Of a stretch of 57,811 bases of DNA, positions 23,448-35,098 are shown piece by piece. Position 1 is the stretch's first letter; each line of letters opens with the position of its first letter. The translations under genes and the position numbers were made by a program. This DNA comes from Octopus sinensis (taxonomy: Eukaryota). The stretch covers positions 1 to 57,811 of the forward strand of contig NW_021833590.1 in NCBI RefSeq assembly GCF_006345805.1, given 5' to 3'. The notes below the pieces were generated by a model, which worked only from the letters and a program-made list of their open reading frames with translations, searched no databases and had not been told where the DNA came from.

Positions 23448-25812
23448 TGACATGGTTCTCTGTGATCTGAGATTTCACTGGCCAAAATGCAAAACAAATG
23501 TCATCCCTCCTGTTCATCCATTTGACACTATGGATTTCCACAATGCAAACTGGGAAGCGATCAATAATGATCTTGCACAAGTCGATTGGTCCTTCACGCA
23601 CACATACACACCCACTAACATCAAAAAGTCCTGGCAGTCATTTGTAGACACCATTACGAACATATGTGCAAAACACACCCCATTAAGATCTGCAAACAAA
23701 TCTAAGTGTCGAATCCCTAGAAATAGAAAATCTCTCATCAGGAAAATTAAAAGAATTAACAAAAAAATCAACAAGCTGAAATACTGTCAACAGCAACGCA
23801 CCAACCTAACTGCCATCTCGTCGCTAGAGATTAAAAAACATAAACTCCAAAACAACATGATGTCTATCATCAATAGTCAGCGAAGAGCTGAAGAGGCCTG
23901 GGCCATTGAGAGAATCAAACTCAATCCCAAAGAGTTCTTTTCATTTGCAAAAAAACACAGTCACTGGTTCTACTGTTGGCCCTCTGATTGATGAAAATGG
24001 TACTCTTCAAGACAATGCCAAAATCATGGGAGAGATATTGCAGAAACAATATTGCTCTGTTTTCAGCAATCCTGATATGACTGATCTGGGCTGTATCAGT
24101 GATGTTACTCCCCAATACACTTTATCGGACATAACCTTTGGCGCTCCTGATGTCTTAGCAGCAATAAAGGAAATGAAGCATAATTCAGCAGTAGGTCCCG
24201 ATAGGTTCCCTGCTTGTGTCTTGAAGATGTGTCAAAACCAACTTGCACCCCCTCTAGCCAATCTGTGGCGGAACTCACTGGATGCTGGATATATACCAGA
24301 AGACCTTCTGTCCCAGTCTGTTGTCCCAGTTTTCAAAAAAGGAACCAAATCGCTTGCCGTGAATTACCGTCCAATCTCACTCACCTCTCATATCATTAAG
24401 GTATTTGAGAGAGTGCTGAGATCGCGTATGACTCACTTCCTTGAGAGTCATAATATGCTGAACTCCAACCAGCATGGATTCCGTAATGGGAGAGATTGCC
24501 TGACGCAGCTAATGCATCATTTTGATGACATTTTGAGAGCCTTGGGAGCGGGTTCCAACACTGATGTCATCTACCTTTATTTCAGCAAGGCCTTTGACAG
24601 GGTTGATCATAATATCCTTCTGAGGAAGCTGTCCAATATTGGTGTCACTGGAAAGCTGCTGCAGTGGATCAAGTGCTTCCAGTCTAACAGAACCCAACAT
24701 GTTGTAGTCGAAGAAGTCAAATCCAGCCCAGCCAAAGTCAGCAGTGGTGTCCCACAAGGCACTGTGTTGGGCCCACTTCTCTTCATCATCTACATAAATG
24801 ATATTACTGACACCATCAAACACAGTAACATCAGAACCTTCGCTGATGATTCCAAGCTCCAGAAGGTCATCAATGGCGTGGATGACCGAATAAGCCTTCA
24901 GTCAGACCTACTGGCTGTTGTCCAATGGTCGGAAAAGAATAACATGTTGCTAAATGAAGACAAATTCGAACTGATCCACTTTGGAAGGGAGGACGCTTTG
25001 AAACTCCCATACTCTCTTCCTTCAGGAGAAATTCTCATGGCATCCAACAACATCAGAGACTTGGGAGTAACAGTGGACAACAACATAAGCTGGGCTACAC
25101 ATATAAGCAGCAAAGTTGACATGGCCCGCAGAATGTGTTCCTGGATTCTCAGAACCTTCCAGTCGAGAGATTCCCACACTATTATCCTTCTTTTCTCCAC
25201 TTTTGCCCGACCTCACCTTGAATACTGCTGTCCACTGTGGTCTCCCTACACAAAGCAAAATATTATGAGAATTGAAGCTCCCCAAAGGTCAATCACAAAA
25301 AAGATAGAGGGCATGTCAGACCTTGACTACTGGGGTAGACTAGAGAAGCTGAAATTGTATTCACTCCAACGACGCCGTGAACGCTACATTATCTGTATGA
25401 TGTGGAAAATATTCCATCAGCACTGTCCGAATGATATTGGCATCACCTTCAAAATACATCCAAAGCTTGGACCACGTGCCATCCGTCCACAACAAAAATC
25501 TAAATCGCATCACATAACGACAATACGGCAAAACTATTTCACCTCAATTGGACCCGCTCTCTTCAACATTACACCAGGACACGTCAAAAAAGAAACTGAC
25601 CACACAAAATTCAAGAAGTCTTTGGACAAATTCCTTCAAACAGTCTCGGACAAACCACCCACACCCGTATATGTCTCCGCAAACAATAACTCTCTGCTCG
25701 AATGGGCCTTGGTGCCCAAATCCTGAATTGAAAGACTTCGCCAGGTGGTGCTATTTAAGTTAGACATGGCCTGGGCCAATACTGGCCAAAACCTTTCTAA
25801 GTTATTCTTAGT
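23446..25812 (+). mobile_element. CR1-group LINE copy 2, 5'-truncated
   Basis: ORF2 linker plus RT, one frameshift near 23950, stop 25726, 3' hairpin and tail ctaagtta repeats. Confidence 0.93.
23906..25726 (+). pseudogene. CR1-group reverse transcriptase ORF (606 aa), probably inactive
   Basis: YRPISLTS, QHGFR, YLYFSKAFD (catalytic D replaced by Y), GVPQGTVLGP, FADD; no endonuclease domain or true start. Confidence 0.9.
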
Positions 25813-25826
25813 TATATATATATATG

Positions 25827-25960
<134 letters not shown>

Positions 25961-25977
25961 ATATGTATATATATATA

Positions 25978-26408
25978 GGCGCAGGAGTGGCTGTGTGGTA
26001 AGTAGCTTGTTTACCAACCACATGGTTCCGGGTTCAGCCCCAGTGCGTGGCATCTTGGGCAAGTGTCTTATATTATAGCCTCGGGCCGAAAAAAGCCTTG
26101 TGAATGGATTTGGTAGACGGAAACTGAAAGAAGCCCGTCGTATATATGTATATATATACATTTATATATATATGCTTGTGTGTGTTTGTGTGTTTGTGTG
26201 TCTGTTTGTCCCCCTAGCATTGCTTGACAACCTATGCTGGTGTGTTTTTGTTCCTGTTATCTAGCGGTTTGGCAAAAGAGACCGATAGAATAAGTACTGG
26301 GCTTACAAAAGAATAAGTCCCGGGGTCGAGTTGCTCGACTAAAGGCGGTGCTCCAGCATGGCCGCAATCAAATGACTGAATCAAGTAAAAGAGTAAAAGA
26401 GTAAAGGA
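25978..26408 (+). mobile_element. SINE family A, full length
   Basis: Head ggcgcaggagtggctgtgtggtaag; tail (GTAAAAGA)n. Confidence 0.92.
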
Positions 26409-26586
26409 GTATATATATATATATTATATATATATACGTTTATATCTGAATATTCATCGCCTGAAATTTTTCAGTCTTTGCTTTCTTTCTACGTACATAT
26501 ATTTTGTACATCAAATTCAAGCATTTTCATTTGGTTATCTGCATCATTTTCTCCCCCACCCCTCTCTCTTTGTGTTTCTCTCAATC

Positions 26587-26668
<82 letters not shown>

Positions 26669-26731
26669 CTATGTATGTATGTATAATGGCCAAACAACGA
26701 CATATATATACATATATACATATATGTATAA

Positions 26732-26777
<46 letters not shown>

Positions 26778-27449
26778 GCATATATACCCATATCTATACA
26801 CATGAATATATACATAATGAGTGTACGCGTGTGTGTGTATTTAGTTGTAGTCTTTAACTCTGTTTTGTTGATTTTAAACACCGTTCATCAATATTTACCT
26901 GTCATCCTTATTAACATCGCCTTGATTAAATAAAGTTTTCATGCCGACCACAGACAGTTAAGCGTATTTTAGTGCTTATATCATTCTCTCTACAACAATT
27001 TTAACTTCATTGATTTATTAGCGAGTAGACAAGACAACGGAGTAGTCTCGTTCTCTCTCTCTATCTCTCTCAAATCCTTCGCTATAAATAACAACATAAT
27101 CTATTCTAACCACGCTATACCTTTCTATAAAACAAACAAATAAACGAAAATGAAAGACATATACGGTAACGTTGTCGTAAATCAATGGCAGAGGAACCTG
27201 CAGTCTGCTTGAATGCTTAAAAGAGACGAACTGGAAGAAGCACGTAAAAGCAAAAATCATTAATACTGCCAAATAATTCTGTTGATTTAATTTTATTTAC
27301 AGCTTATCTTCTCAACTAACCGCGTAATTTAGAAACAACTATTTATATTTCATTATCTACACTGGTAATTACTAGTCCAAAGTAATTAGAATTGCATTTC
27401 AAACATAGCAAGCATAGAAATCTGAAGTTTTCGATAAAAACTTTGCAGT

Positions 27450-27533
27450 GTCAGGATGGCCGAGCGGTCTAAGGCGCTGCGTTCAGGTCGCAGTCGGGTC
27501 TTCCCGGCGTGGGTTCGAATCCCACTTCTGACA
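27450..27533 (+). tRNA. tRNA-Leu-CAG: tRNA-Leu, anticodon CAG
   Basis: GTCAGGATGGCCGAGCGGTCTAAGG..CTGCG-TTCAGGT-CGCAG, variable arm CGGG-TCTT-CCCG, GGTTCGAATCC B box, acceptor GTCAGGA/TTCTGAC; anticodon 27484-27486. Confidence 0.96.
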
Positions 27534-27535
27534 AG

Positions 27536-27542
27536 TTTTTTT
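27536..27542 (+). terminator. Pol III oligo-T terminator
   Basis: T7 run 2 nt after the tRNA 3' end. Confidence 0.8.
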
Positions 27543-27745
27543 CTTTTGCTCTTGGAACTGCGACGACGCTGTGGAATCGCCTTGAAAGTTTTAGTCGAAT
27601 AAATAGACTCCACTATTTAATTATTAAGTCTGATTCTTATACAACCAGTCTCTTTGGCCGAACTGCAAGGTACCTGTTCTCAAGTGGTGAGGTGAGAGAC
27701 AAACACAATCACGAAGATATAGGCATGTATGGTTTTGTGTGTATG

Positions 27746-27806
<61 letters not shown>

Positions 27807-27818
27807 TACATATGTATG

Positions 27819-27864
<46 letters not shown>

Positions 27865-27899
27865 CGAGGAGTTGAATTTTAGTATAGTCCAGGGATATA

Positions 27900-28100
27900 G
27901 TTGGCGACCCTTACCGATGGCGAGCAGTTCTGAGAAGATGGAAGGTCGATTCTACTGACACTCGTACTTGAGTGGTACTTTATTATATTGACCGTAAAAG
28001 GACAAGAGACAAGTCTGATCCTGACAAGATTTGAGCTCAGAACGTAAAGAGTCGGAAGAAATAACAAGAAGCATTTCTTCCCATGATCTAATATTCTGCC
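27900..28100 (-). mobile_element. SINE family B, degenerate
   Basis: tggtactttattatattgacc..gatttgagctcagaacgtaaagagtcgg. Confidence 0.6.
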
Positions 28101-29002
28101 AACAGTACAAATTTCGTTGTCATCAAACAAGTTAACTTTAATGCGGCCTTCGAAAGCAAACACGTTCTTCACCTCTGTTTTCCGAAGAAAATATTTGAGA
28201 AAAAAAAAACGGGATAGCCACAGCCGGAAAGCTTTCCGTTTACAATTACTCAGTTATAGTAGACAATAACAATACAAGGACAGCGATAACAACGACGACA
28301 GCACTACTAAAATCCCGGAGGGAAACTATCCTGAATCTTCGAATTACGCGAACAAATTCGGAAAAAAAGAGGAAGAGAAAACAACCCTGTACGTACTCTG
28401 TACTTTAATTTAACTATCCGAATGGACGGAAGACAAAGCTGACATCTATTGGGTTTGAACTCAGGGAGAACAGGACCAGGAACTAGAACGAGTACCACAA
28501 AAGATACATTCTATCTGATGCCCGAATGAATCTGTGAATTACCAATTTGTTAAGTGATAAGTTACGCAATTAAAAAGACAAAAGCAAGCAAAGAAACAAA
28601 TATATGATTTTGAATCATAATAGCTGGATTTGAGCTCATAGAGGGGACCAGGAACTAGAACGAGGACCATAAGATATTCTATTGGATGTCCTAATGAATT
28701 TATTAAATGATGAATTAAGCTATAAATAATAAAAGACAAAGAACATATAGGTGATATTCTTTTCTACTCTAGGCACAATGTCCTCAAATCACACCTACTC
28801 TAATAAATAAAGGAAGAAAATATTACACAAGGTAGATCCCATCTTACTATTTGTTTTTTAAATGAGGCCAGTCATGGCTGGAACGCCTTTGATGCCTATG
28901 ATAATAAGTTGACTAGATCTGGGTTCATGTGATATATTGAACAATAACAGCATTGGTAACTTGTTCTGGATGAACAAACAAACTGGACATATGAGTGGTG
29001 AA

Positions 29003-29210
29003 GGTGTATGGCTTAGTGGCTAGATTGTCGTAATCACAATCTGAAGGTCGTGGTTTCGATTCCTGAAGAAGATAGTAGGTTTGATTTTTGATCAAAAGCA
29101 GTTCATGTCACGTTGTTCCAGTCCACTTGTTTGAAAATGAGTTACACTGTGACGAACCGGCGTACTGTTCAGGAGTAGAATTGTGTAACTTATACGCATT
29201 GCAAACGAGA
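29003..29210 (+). mobile_element. Degenerate tRNA-derived SINE (family C-like)
   Basis: tggcttagtggctag A box, ggtttcgattcc B box, ccagtccact..gtgacgaaccggcgt..ttcagg. Confidence 0.55.
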
Positions 29211-29831
29211 TATTCAACATTATAAATCCTAGGATTCGAGATAGTACTCATTTTACATACACAGTAGTCAAATCTTCCTCAACTCAAATCACGCCATCTT
29301 TAAAAAAACAAATGGAACATTGGATAATGTTTATGGCGGGGCATCTTGATACTCAAGATCTCTTGAGATCTGGCCCGTGGTTATACAGCAGCACTAGCAA
29401 CCGCAACAACTAGCTATAGACTCTATATTGGAGCCTCTTTGCTGCCACTCGACGTGTGCACAATAACAACTAAATCTAACTTAAACGGTATAACAGTCAC
29501 TAAAAAAAAAGACAAACTGAACCCATTGCACAACGTGATTTTAGTCGAGCAGAATTACTAATCACGTTTGAATGTCATTGATCTTAGGTGCGGCAGTTCA
29601 GAAGTGATCTGAGACTAAACCACAACATCAGAAACTACGACTAAATCTAAAGCTACCGGATGTTACTTACATTGCTCATGCCACCCCCGCATTTTCAAGT
29701 AGAGCTGGTCTAAATTATCGCTTTGTAACGATGACTCAAACTCAGAGGCGGAGATAATTTCAATAAACCAAGAATTTATATTGTATGTTATTTGATATAT
29801 ATTCATCTCTTTCTCGGTCACTCCTTATCTT

Positions 29832-29906
<75 letters not shown>

Positions 29907-29959
29907 GCCTATCTCTCTCTTTCACTCTCTCTCTCTCTATATATCTATCTATCTATATA

Positions 29960-30018
<59 letters not shown>

Positions 30019-30172
30019 ACAGACGTAGATGTGTTGTGGGTGCTTGTGTGTGTGTGTGTGATATTGTAAGGTGTTACTCAGGCATTCAACTAATGAGTCA
30101 AAAATTTATAATGTAGATACATGTTGGCTATATTTCCCGCGTCTTCCTTTTCTCTAGGAAATCCTGTTTCTT

Positions 30173-30207
30173 GTTTCTAAAGAAGAACTTTGCTCGAAAC
30201 GTAAAAC
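30173..30207 (+). ncRNA. Degenerate minimal type I hammerhead motif (Penelope type)
   Basis: gttt-CTAAAGA-a-GA(actttgc)TC-GAAA-CGTA-aaac; stem I gttt/aaac, GUA triplet, core G5A change. Confidence 0.5.
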
Positions 30208-30301
30208 CCCCTTTCTTTCCTTCCTTCAGCGTCTTTTAATACTTTGCGTGTACCACGTCCTCGCGTTGTTGTTTTTTGATGAGATTAGTCTTCGCTGTAT
30301 G

Positions 30302-30356
<55 letters not shown>

Positions 30357-30581
30357 AATATATGGGTAGAGGATGTCACACACGGTGTAAATAGCGTGTA
30401 CTACGTAAACAAACGAATGAAAAATGAGTGAAATAGGTAAACAAGAGGGGGCATTTCTCTGTGTTTACCTGTCCTGTTTTCCATTTTTCCTCGTTGTTTA
30501 TGTATTTCACTCGTTTTACCCCGGTTTGTTTACGTATTTCAAGTTATTTGCACCTGTATCCATATATGTATGTAGTATATA

Positions 30582-30614
<33 letters not shown>

Positions 30615-31023
30615 GGCGCAGGAGGGGCTGTGTGGTAAGTAGCTTGCTTACCAATCACATGGTTCCGGGTTCATTCCAACTGTGTGGCACCTTGGGCAAG
30701 TGTCTTTTACTATAGCCTCGAGCCAATGAAAGACTTGTGAGTGCATTTGATAGACGGAAACTGAAAGAAGCTCGACGTATATATGAATGTATATGTATGT
30801 GCGTATATGTTTGTGTGTCTGTGTTTGATCCCCGCCGCCAACATCGCTTGATAACCGATGCTGGTGTGTTTGCGTATCCATACCTTAGCGGTTCGGCAAA
30901 AGAAACCGATAGAATAAGTAATAGGCTCGCTAAGAATAAGTCCTGGGGTCGATTTGCTCAACTAAAGGTTGTGCTCCTGCATGGCCGGATTCAAATGGCT
31001 GAAACAAGTAAAAGCGTAAAAGA
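30615..31023 (+). mobile_element. SINE family A, full length
   Basis: Same head, body and tail as 4494-4894. Confidence 0.9.
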
Positions 31024-31053
31024 GTATTATATGTATATGCACACACACACACA

Positions 31054-31105
<52 letters not shown>

Positions 31106-31198
31106 TATACATCTAATATAGGATAAAAGTTTTCGAAAAACATTCTATGAAAGGCCAGCATATTAAAAAATACTTTTAAAGGTTAAATTTATAAACAA

Positions 31199-31580
31199 CT
31201 TATAAACAAGGGTAAAAGAAAAAAATTCTAATGCCAAATATGCCGAAAATAGACAAATAGTCAATAACCATATAATTTATCACTATAAGCACGCGTCTCG
31301 AAGTAAGCCGACAGAAATTTCTAAAAAATTTCCGTCATTATCGTATCGGTTCCAATTTCAGTGTTAATTCATAAGAATTTTCTCCTCGTCAGCGATAAAT
31401 ACGGTAAGAAATAAATGAAATACTTACTTATATGGAAGAAGCAAACGGAATTTTTTAGAAATTTCTGTCGGCTTACTTCAAGATGCGTGCTTATAGTGAT
31501 AAATTATATGGTTATTGACGATTTGTCTATTTTTGGCATATTTGGAATTAGAATTTCTCTCTTTTGCCCTTGTTTATAAG
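31199..31580. mobile_element. Fold-back element, family F copy 2 (arms 31199-31334 / 31445-31580)
   Basis: ~136-bp arms, 110-bp spacer homologous to the spacer of 11769-12068. Confidence 0.85.
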
Positions 31581-31659
31581 GTGTTTATATATATACACAC
31601 ACACACACATAAATACAGTTCTATATTTAAGAGATGAGGAATTATGTACATTAATTTAA

Positions 31660-31950
31660 TTACATTATTTACATTTGACGGATATTTCTCCTCATCGTGT
31701 TGTTAACACAACGTTTCGGCTGATATACCCTCCAGCCTTCATCGGGTGTCCTGGGGAAATTTTGAACCTGGCTTCTCATTCCTAAGTTATTTTTCGTTGT
31801 TGTTGTTGTTATTATTATCATTATTATTATCATCATTATATGTTCATGTACCCTTATTTTGAAGGGGTGGCATGTTTCACCTTTGTATAATCTCATGCAG
31901 CTGCATGGGATGGCGTACACGCAGTTCTTAGTCATATTTCTTTTCAATTT
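31660..31950 (-). mobile_element. Penelope-like element remnant: GIY-YIG endonuclease fragment plus pseudo-LTR
   Basis: NCVYAIPCSCMRLYKGETCHPFKIRVHEH matches VY.IPC.C..Y.GET.R...R..EH; followed by pLTR with hammerhead. Confidence 0.8.
31705..31750 (-). ncRNA. Minimal type I hammerhead ribozyme motif (Penelope type)
   Basis: Minus strand gacac-CCGATGA-a-GGCTG(gagggtatat)CAGCC-GAAA-CGTT-gtgtt; palindromic AACGTT stem III, GUU triplet, single U4C deviation. Confidence 0.7.
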
Positions 31951-32422
31951 GTTGATATGTATGAAATGAAATTACAAAAATACGCTTCGTATCATAATTT
32001 ACTTGAAAATATATTGGTTTATGTCATCATAAGATAAACACACACACAAACACAAACACACATATACATAGACACACATTATTAATTAAAATTCAGGTAA
32101 AGTGATAGGTTAAAAAACGTTTTCCTGTATGTTTGCAGTCGTTTCATCATCCATATTCAGATTCACCAGCGACGCCAACTATATCTTGCATACGCTCTAC
32201 AAAAGCCTTACGTAAATGTATGCATACATATATATGCCGACTTCTGAATTTTAATTATTATTATACACTCCCCAGTAGTAACTGCCGTGTTTTTAAGTGA
32301 GTGGTGACTTTAAACAATACCCTAAACTTCACAGCTGTGTTACCTGACGGCTGGATTCTCTGCGGAGAGTTTGCTATGAATTCTATTTGATTTTTGTATC
32401 TTTGTACACATACATACATACA

Positions 32423-32453
<31 letters not shown>

Positions 32454-32519
32454 GTATACAAATGCATGCATACATATGCATATATATATATAATAGCAAA
32501 TTAATAAATAAAACATATG

Positions 32520-32790
32520 CATACATACATACATATATGTACATACCTACATCTACATGTATATATACAAGCATATAAGGGTACAGGACACCCCCCAAAA
32601 AAACGTACAACACAACGATAAACGAAAGCATAAAAACAAAGATATGGAAACGACCTTTTTATAACAACGAAAAAACAGAGTACAAGAGATATAAGGAATA
32701 TTCCCCGTCTTCAGCTGCCCCTGCTTCGACTACTCCGTGTTTCGAAGGTAAGGGCAAGACATGACTTCTTCAATCAATCCTTCCCGCCTT
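32520..32790 (+). mobile_element. Fragment homologous to the interior of the 3101-4097 element
   Basis: cctacatctacatgtatat..tacaggacacc..aaaaaacagagtaca..cagctg..gtgtttcgaagg shared with 3215-3450. Confidence 0.65.
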
Positions 32791-32809
32791 TTACTCTTCA
32801 GTTCCTGTT

Positions 32810-33325
32810 GTTGAGGCTGTAGTAGTAGTATTAGTAGTAGTATTAGTAGTAGTATTAGTAGTAGTAATAGTGGGAGTAGTAGTAATAGTATTAGTAGTAG
32901 TATTAGTAGTAGTAATAGTGGGAGTAGTAGTAGTAGTAGTAGTAGTTGTCGTTGCTTCTGTTGTTGTTGCCGTTGCAGTTATTAATTTTGTTTTCATGGT
33001 TGCTTTTGCTGTTGTTTTTGTTTTCATTGTTTTCTTGCTGTTGTTATTGTTGCCGCAGTAGTAGCTGGTGTTGTCGTTGCTGATGCCGTTGCTTTTGTTG
33101 TTGTTCTTTGCCTTCTTCGTCTTCTCCTCACCCTCATCCTCTTGCACTTATTCCACCACATCCCGCTCTTCTTTTCTCTTCCTCCCACTTCTTCATCTTC
33201 CCCACTACAACCACCACGGCTATCACTACCATCATCATCACCACCATCATCGTCGTCGTCGTCGTCGTACTCGTCTTCTTCTTCTTCTTCTTCTGCTGCT
33301 GGTGCTGCTGCTGCTGCTGCTGCTT
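32810..33325. repeat. Compound trinucleotide array (GTA, GTT, CAT, CGT, CTT, GCT)
   Basis: Direct runs. Confidence 0.9.
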
Positions 33326-34184
33326 GTACTTCCTCGGCAATATATTACCGTAGCTGAAGATTTCACGCCGATATACCGAGCTGCGGAAGTGCGTACAGCG
33401 TTGGTGCCTGTCGCCTCTCTTGGATCGCCACCGCATGTCAACAAACACACAATTGTGAAGCCTTGCATGACCCTGTTGACTTCTTCGCAAAATTCCTATT
33501 GCTCTTCAGCCCTGAAAATCATATACTCAAGTACATGTCAGTCGTAACCATAGATCCAGGTATAGTACATAATGAGATATACTATGCTTTGTATCTTCTC
33601 ACTGAGAAATTGTCATCTTTGAAAAGATGCGAAACATTCACACGCTGGTAAGTTGTCCGTAGGACCAGCTTCAGGTATCCTGTAGCTCATGCAGTTTCCC
33701 GAGATGGTATTTGCTTCAGGAGAGTTCGTTATGATAGATTTGATGGAATATTGTGATGAAAGGTTTTAGTCGAACAATTCGATCCTACCGTTTTTACGCT
33801 TAGTTTTCAAATGTCTTGTATTTATGCCTTTCTGTCTCTCTTGCCAAACCGCTAGGTTCTTGGAACATAAAAGAATCAACATCGGTTGACAAGCGGTGGC
33901 CTCCTTAATACGCTCTGTACGTGCAATTCAAGTAACACAACATATATGTATATACACACGCTCATTCACAAACACTCGACATAGACTGTTGCTTCACACG
34001 TACACACACTCGCACACACACCACTCATATATACACACACCCAAAAATGCACACACACAGACATTTCGGCAGAAATTACAGAGTGACGGTAGGGCCAAGA
34101 GTTTCGTGCGTTGGCCCTCATCAAGTGTCAATGTCCGAAGCTTTCAGCCCTTGATCCTCTGTAACATCAGTCACAAGGCCCGAA

Positions 34185-34305
34185 AATTTATGGGCCAAGG
34201 TGTAGACTATTATAACGACCCTAGTGCTCAACTGGTACTTATTTCATCGACCGCGAAAGGATGAAAGGCAAAGTCGACAGAATGTACAGGTGAACAAAAT
34301 GCGGT
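34185..34305 (-). mobile_element. SINE family B fragment
   Basis: tgctcaactggtacttatttcatcgaccgcgaaaggatgaaaggcaaagtcgac. Confidence 0.75.
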
Positions 34306-34486
34306 TAAGCGCAACCCATTAAATTTTTGGAGGGTAATGAAAACGCTTTAAACATCCTGGAAAACGTCATCACCAAAACGAACGAGAGTAAAAAACATTT
34401 TTGGACTGATTTGAAACCTTACTTTTTCATTATTGGATTTATTCATTTGATTGATGTACAAATATAACAATAATAATAATAATAAT

Positions 34487-34543
<57 letters not shown>

Positions 34544-34544
<1 letters not shown>

Positions 34545-35098
34545 GCCCTGATGCAGTACCAGGCAGTGGCTCTCATGGCTTCTGATCTTAACTGATTGGA
34601 AGTGTTATCATGTACATTGTTTTGTCTTGGTATAAAAGATGGGCTACAGCAAATATTCTGCTCAATACCACAGATTTGCTTGTCAGTTGTTTGACCTTAA
34701 CCAGTTGAGCATGTCCCTTAGTGGCTGACGATATGTGCATCTCTGATCACGAGCAGAAGTAGTGGGGGAGCATCATGGCCATGTGTTGAGAGGGATTCTT
34801 TGGAATTTGAATGGTTCACCTCTGGAAACATAGGTGTTTCGTTCAACATGCTAAAGCAACCCTTATTCAGGGACCGTTTGAGCAGGATGGGCTACTCAAC
34901 CTGAAGAAAATTCTAACTGGGCCCCACCTGCAAGGTCATGTGCTGTTTATCTTGATATGAGATCACCATGTCGCGCACATATGGTTGTGATGCATGTGCC
35001 TGGTGTACCTTTATCAGACGGGTAGTCATGATGGGTATATTGGGCTTCGTATATTTTACCCCAGTGTCACTTTGATGGCATGAACTGCTCTCTCACTC
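34544..35098. mobile_element. ~555-bp non-coding interspersed element embedded in (TAA)n
   Basis: Higher-GC block with sharp edges and (AAT)n on both sides; no ORF; class not determined. Confidence 0.5.

Noticed and set aside
32791-33547. Poly-T, poly-V, poly-H and poly-S ORFs
   Set aside because: Translations of trinucleotide arrays
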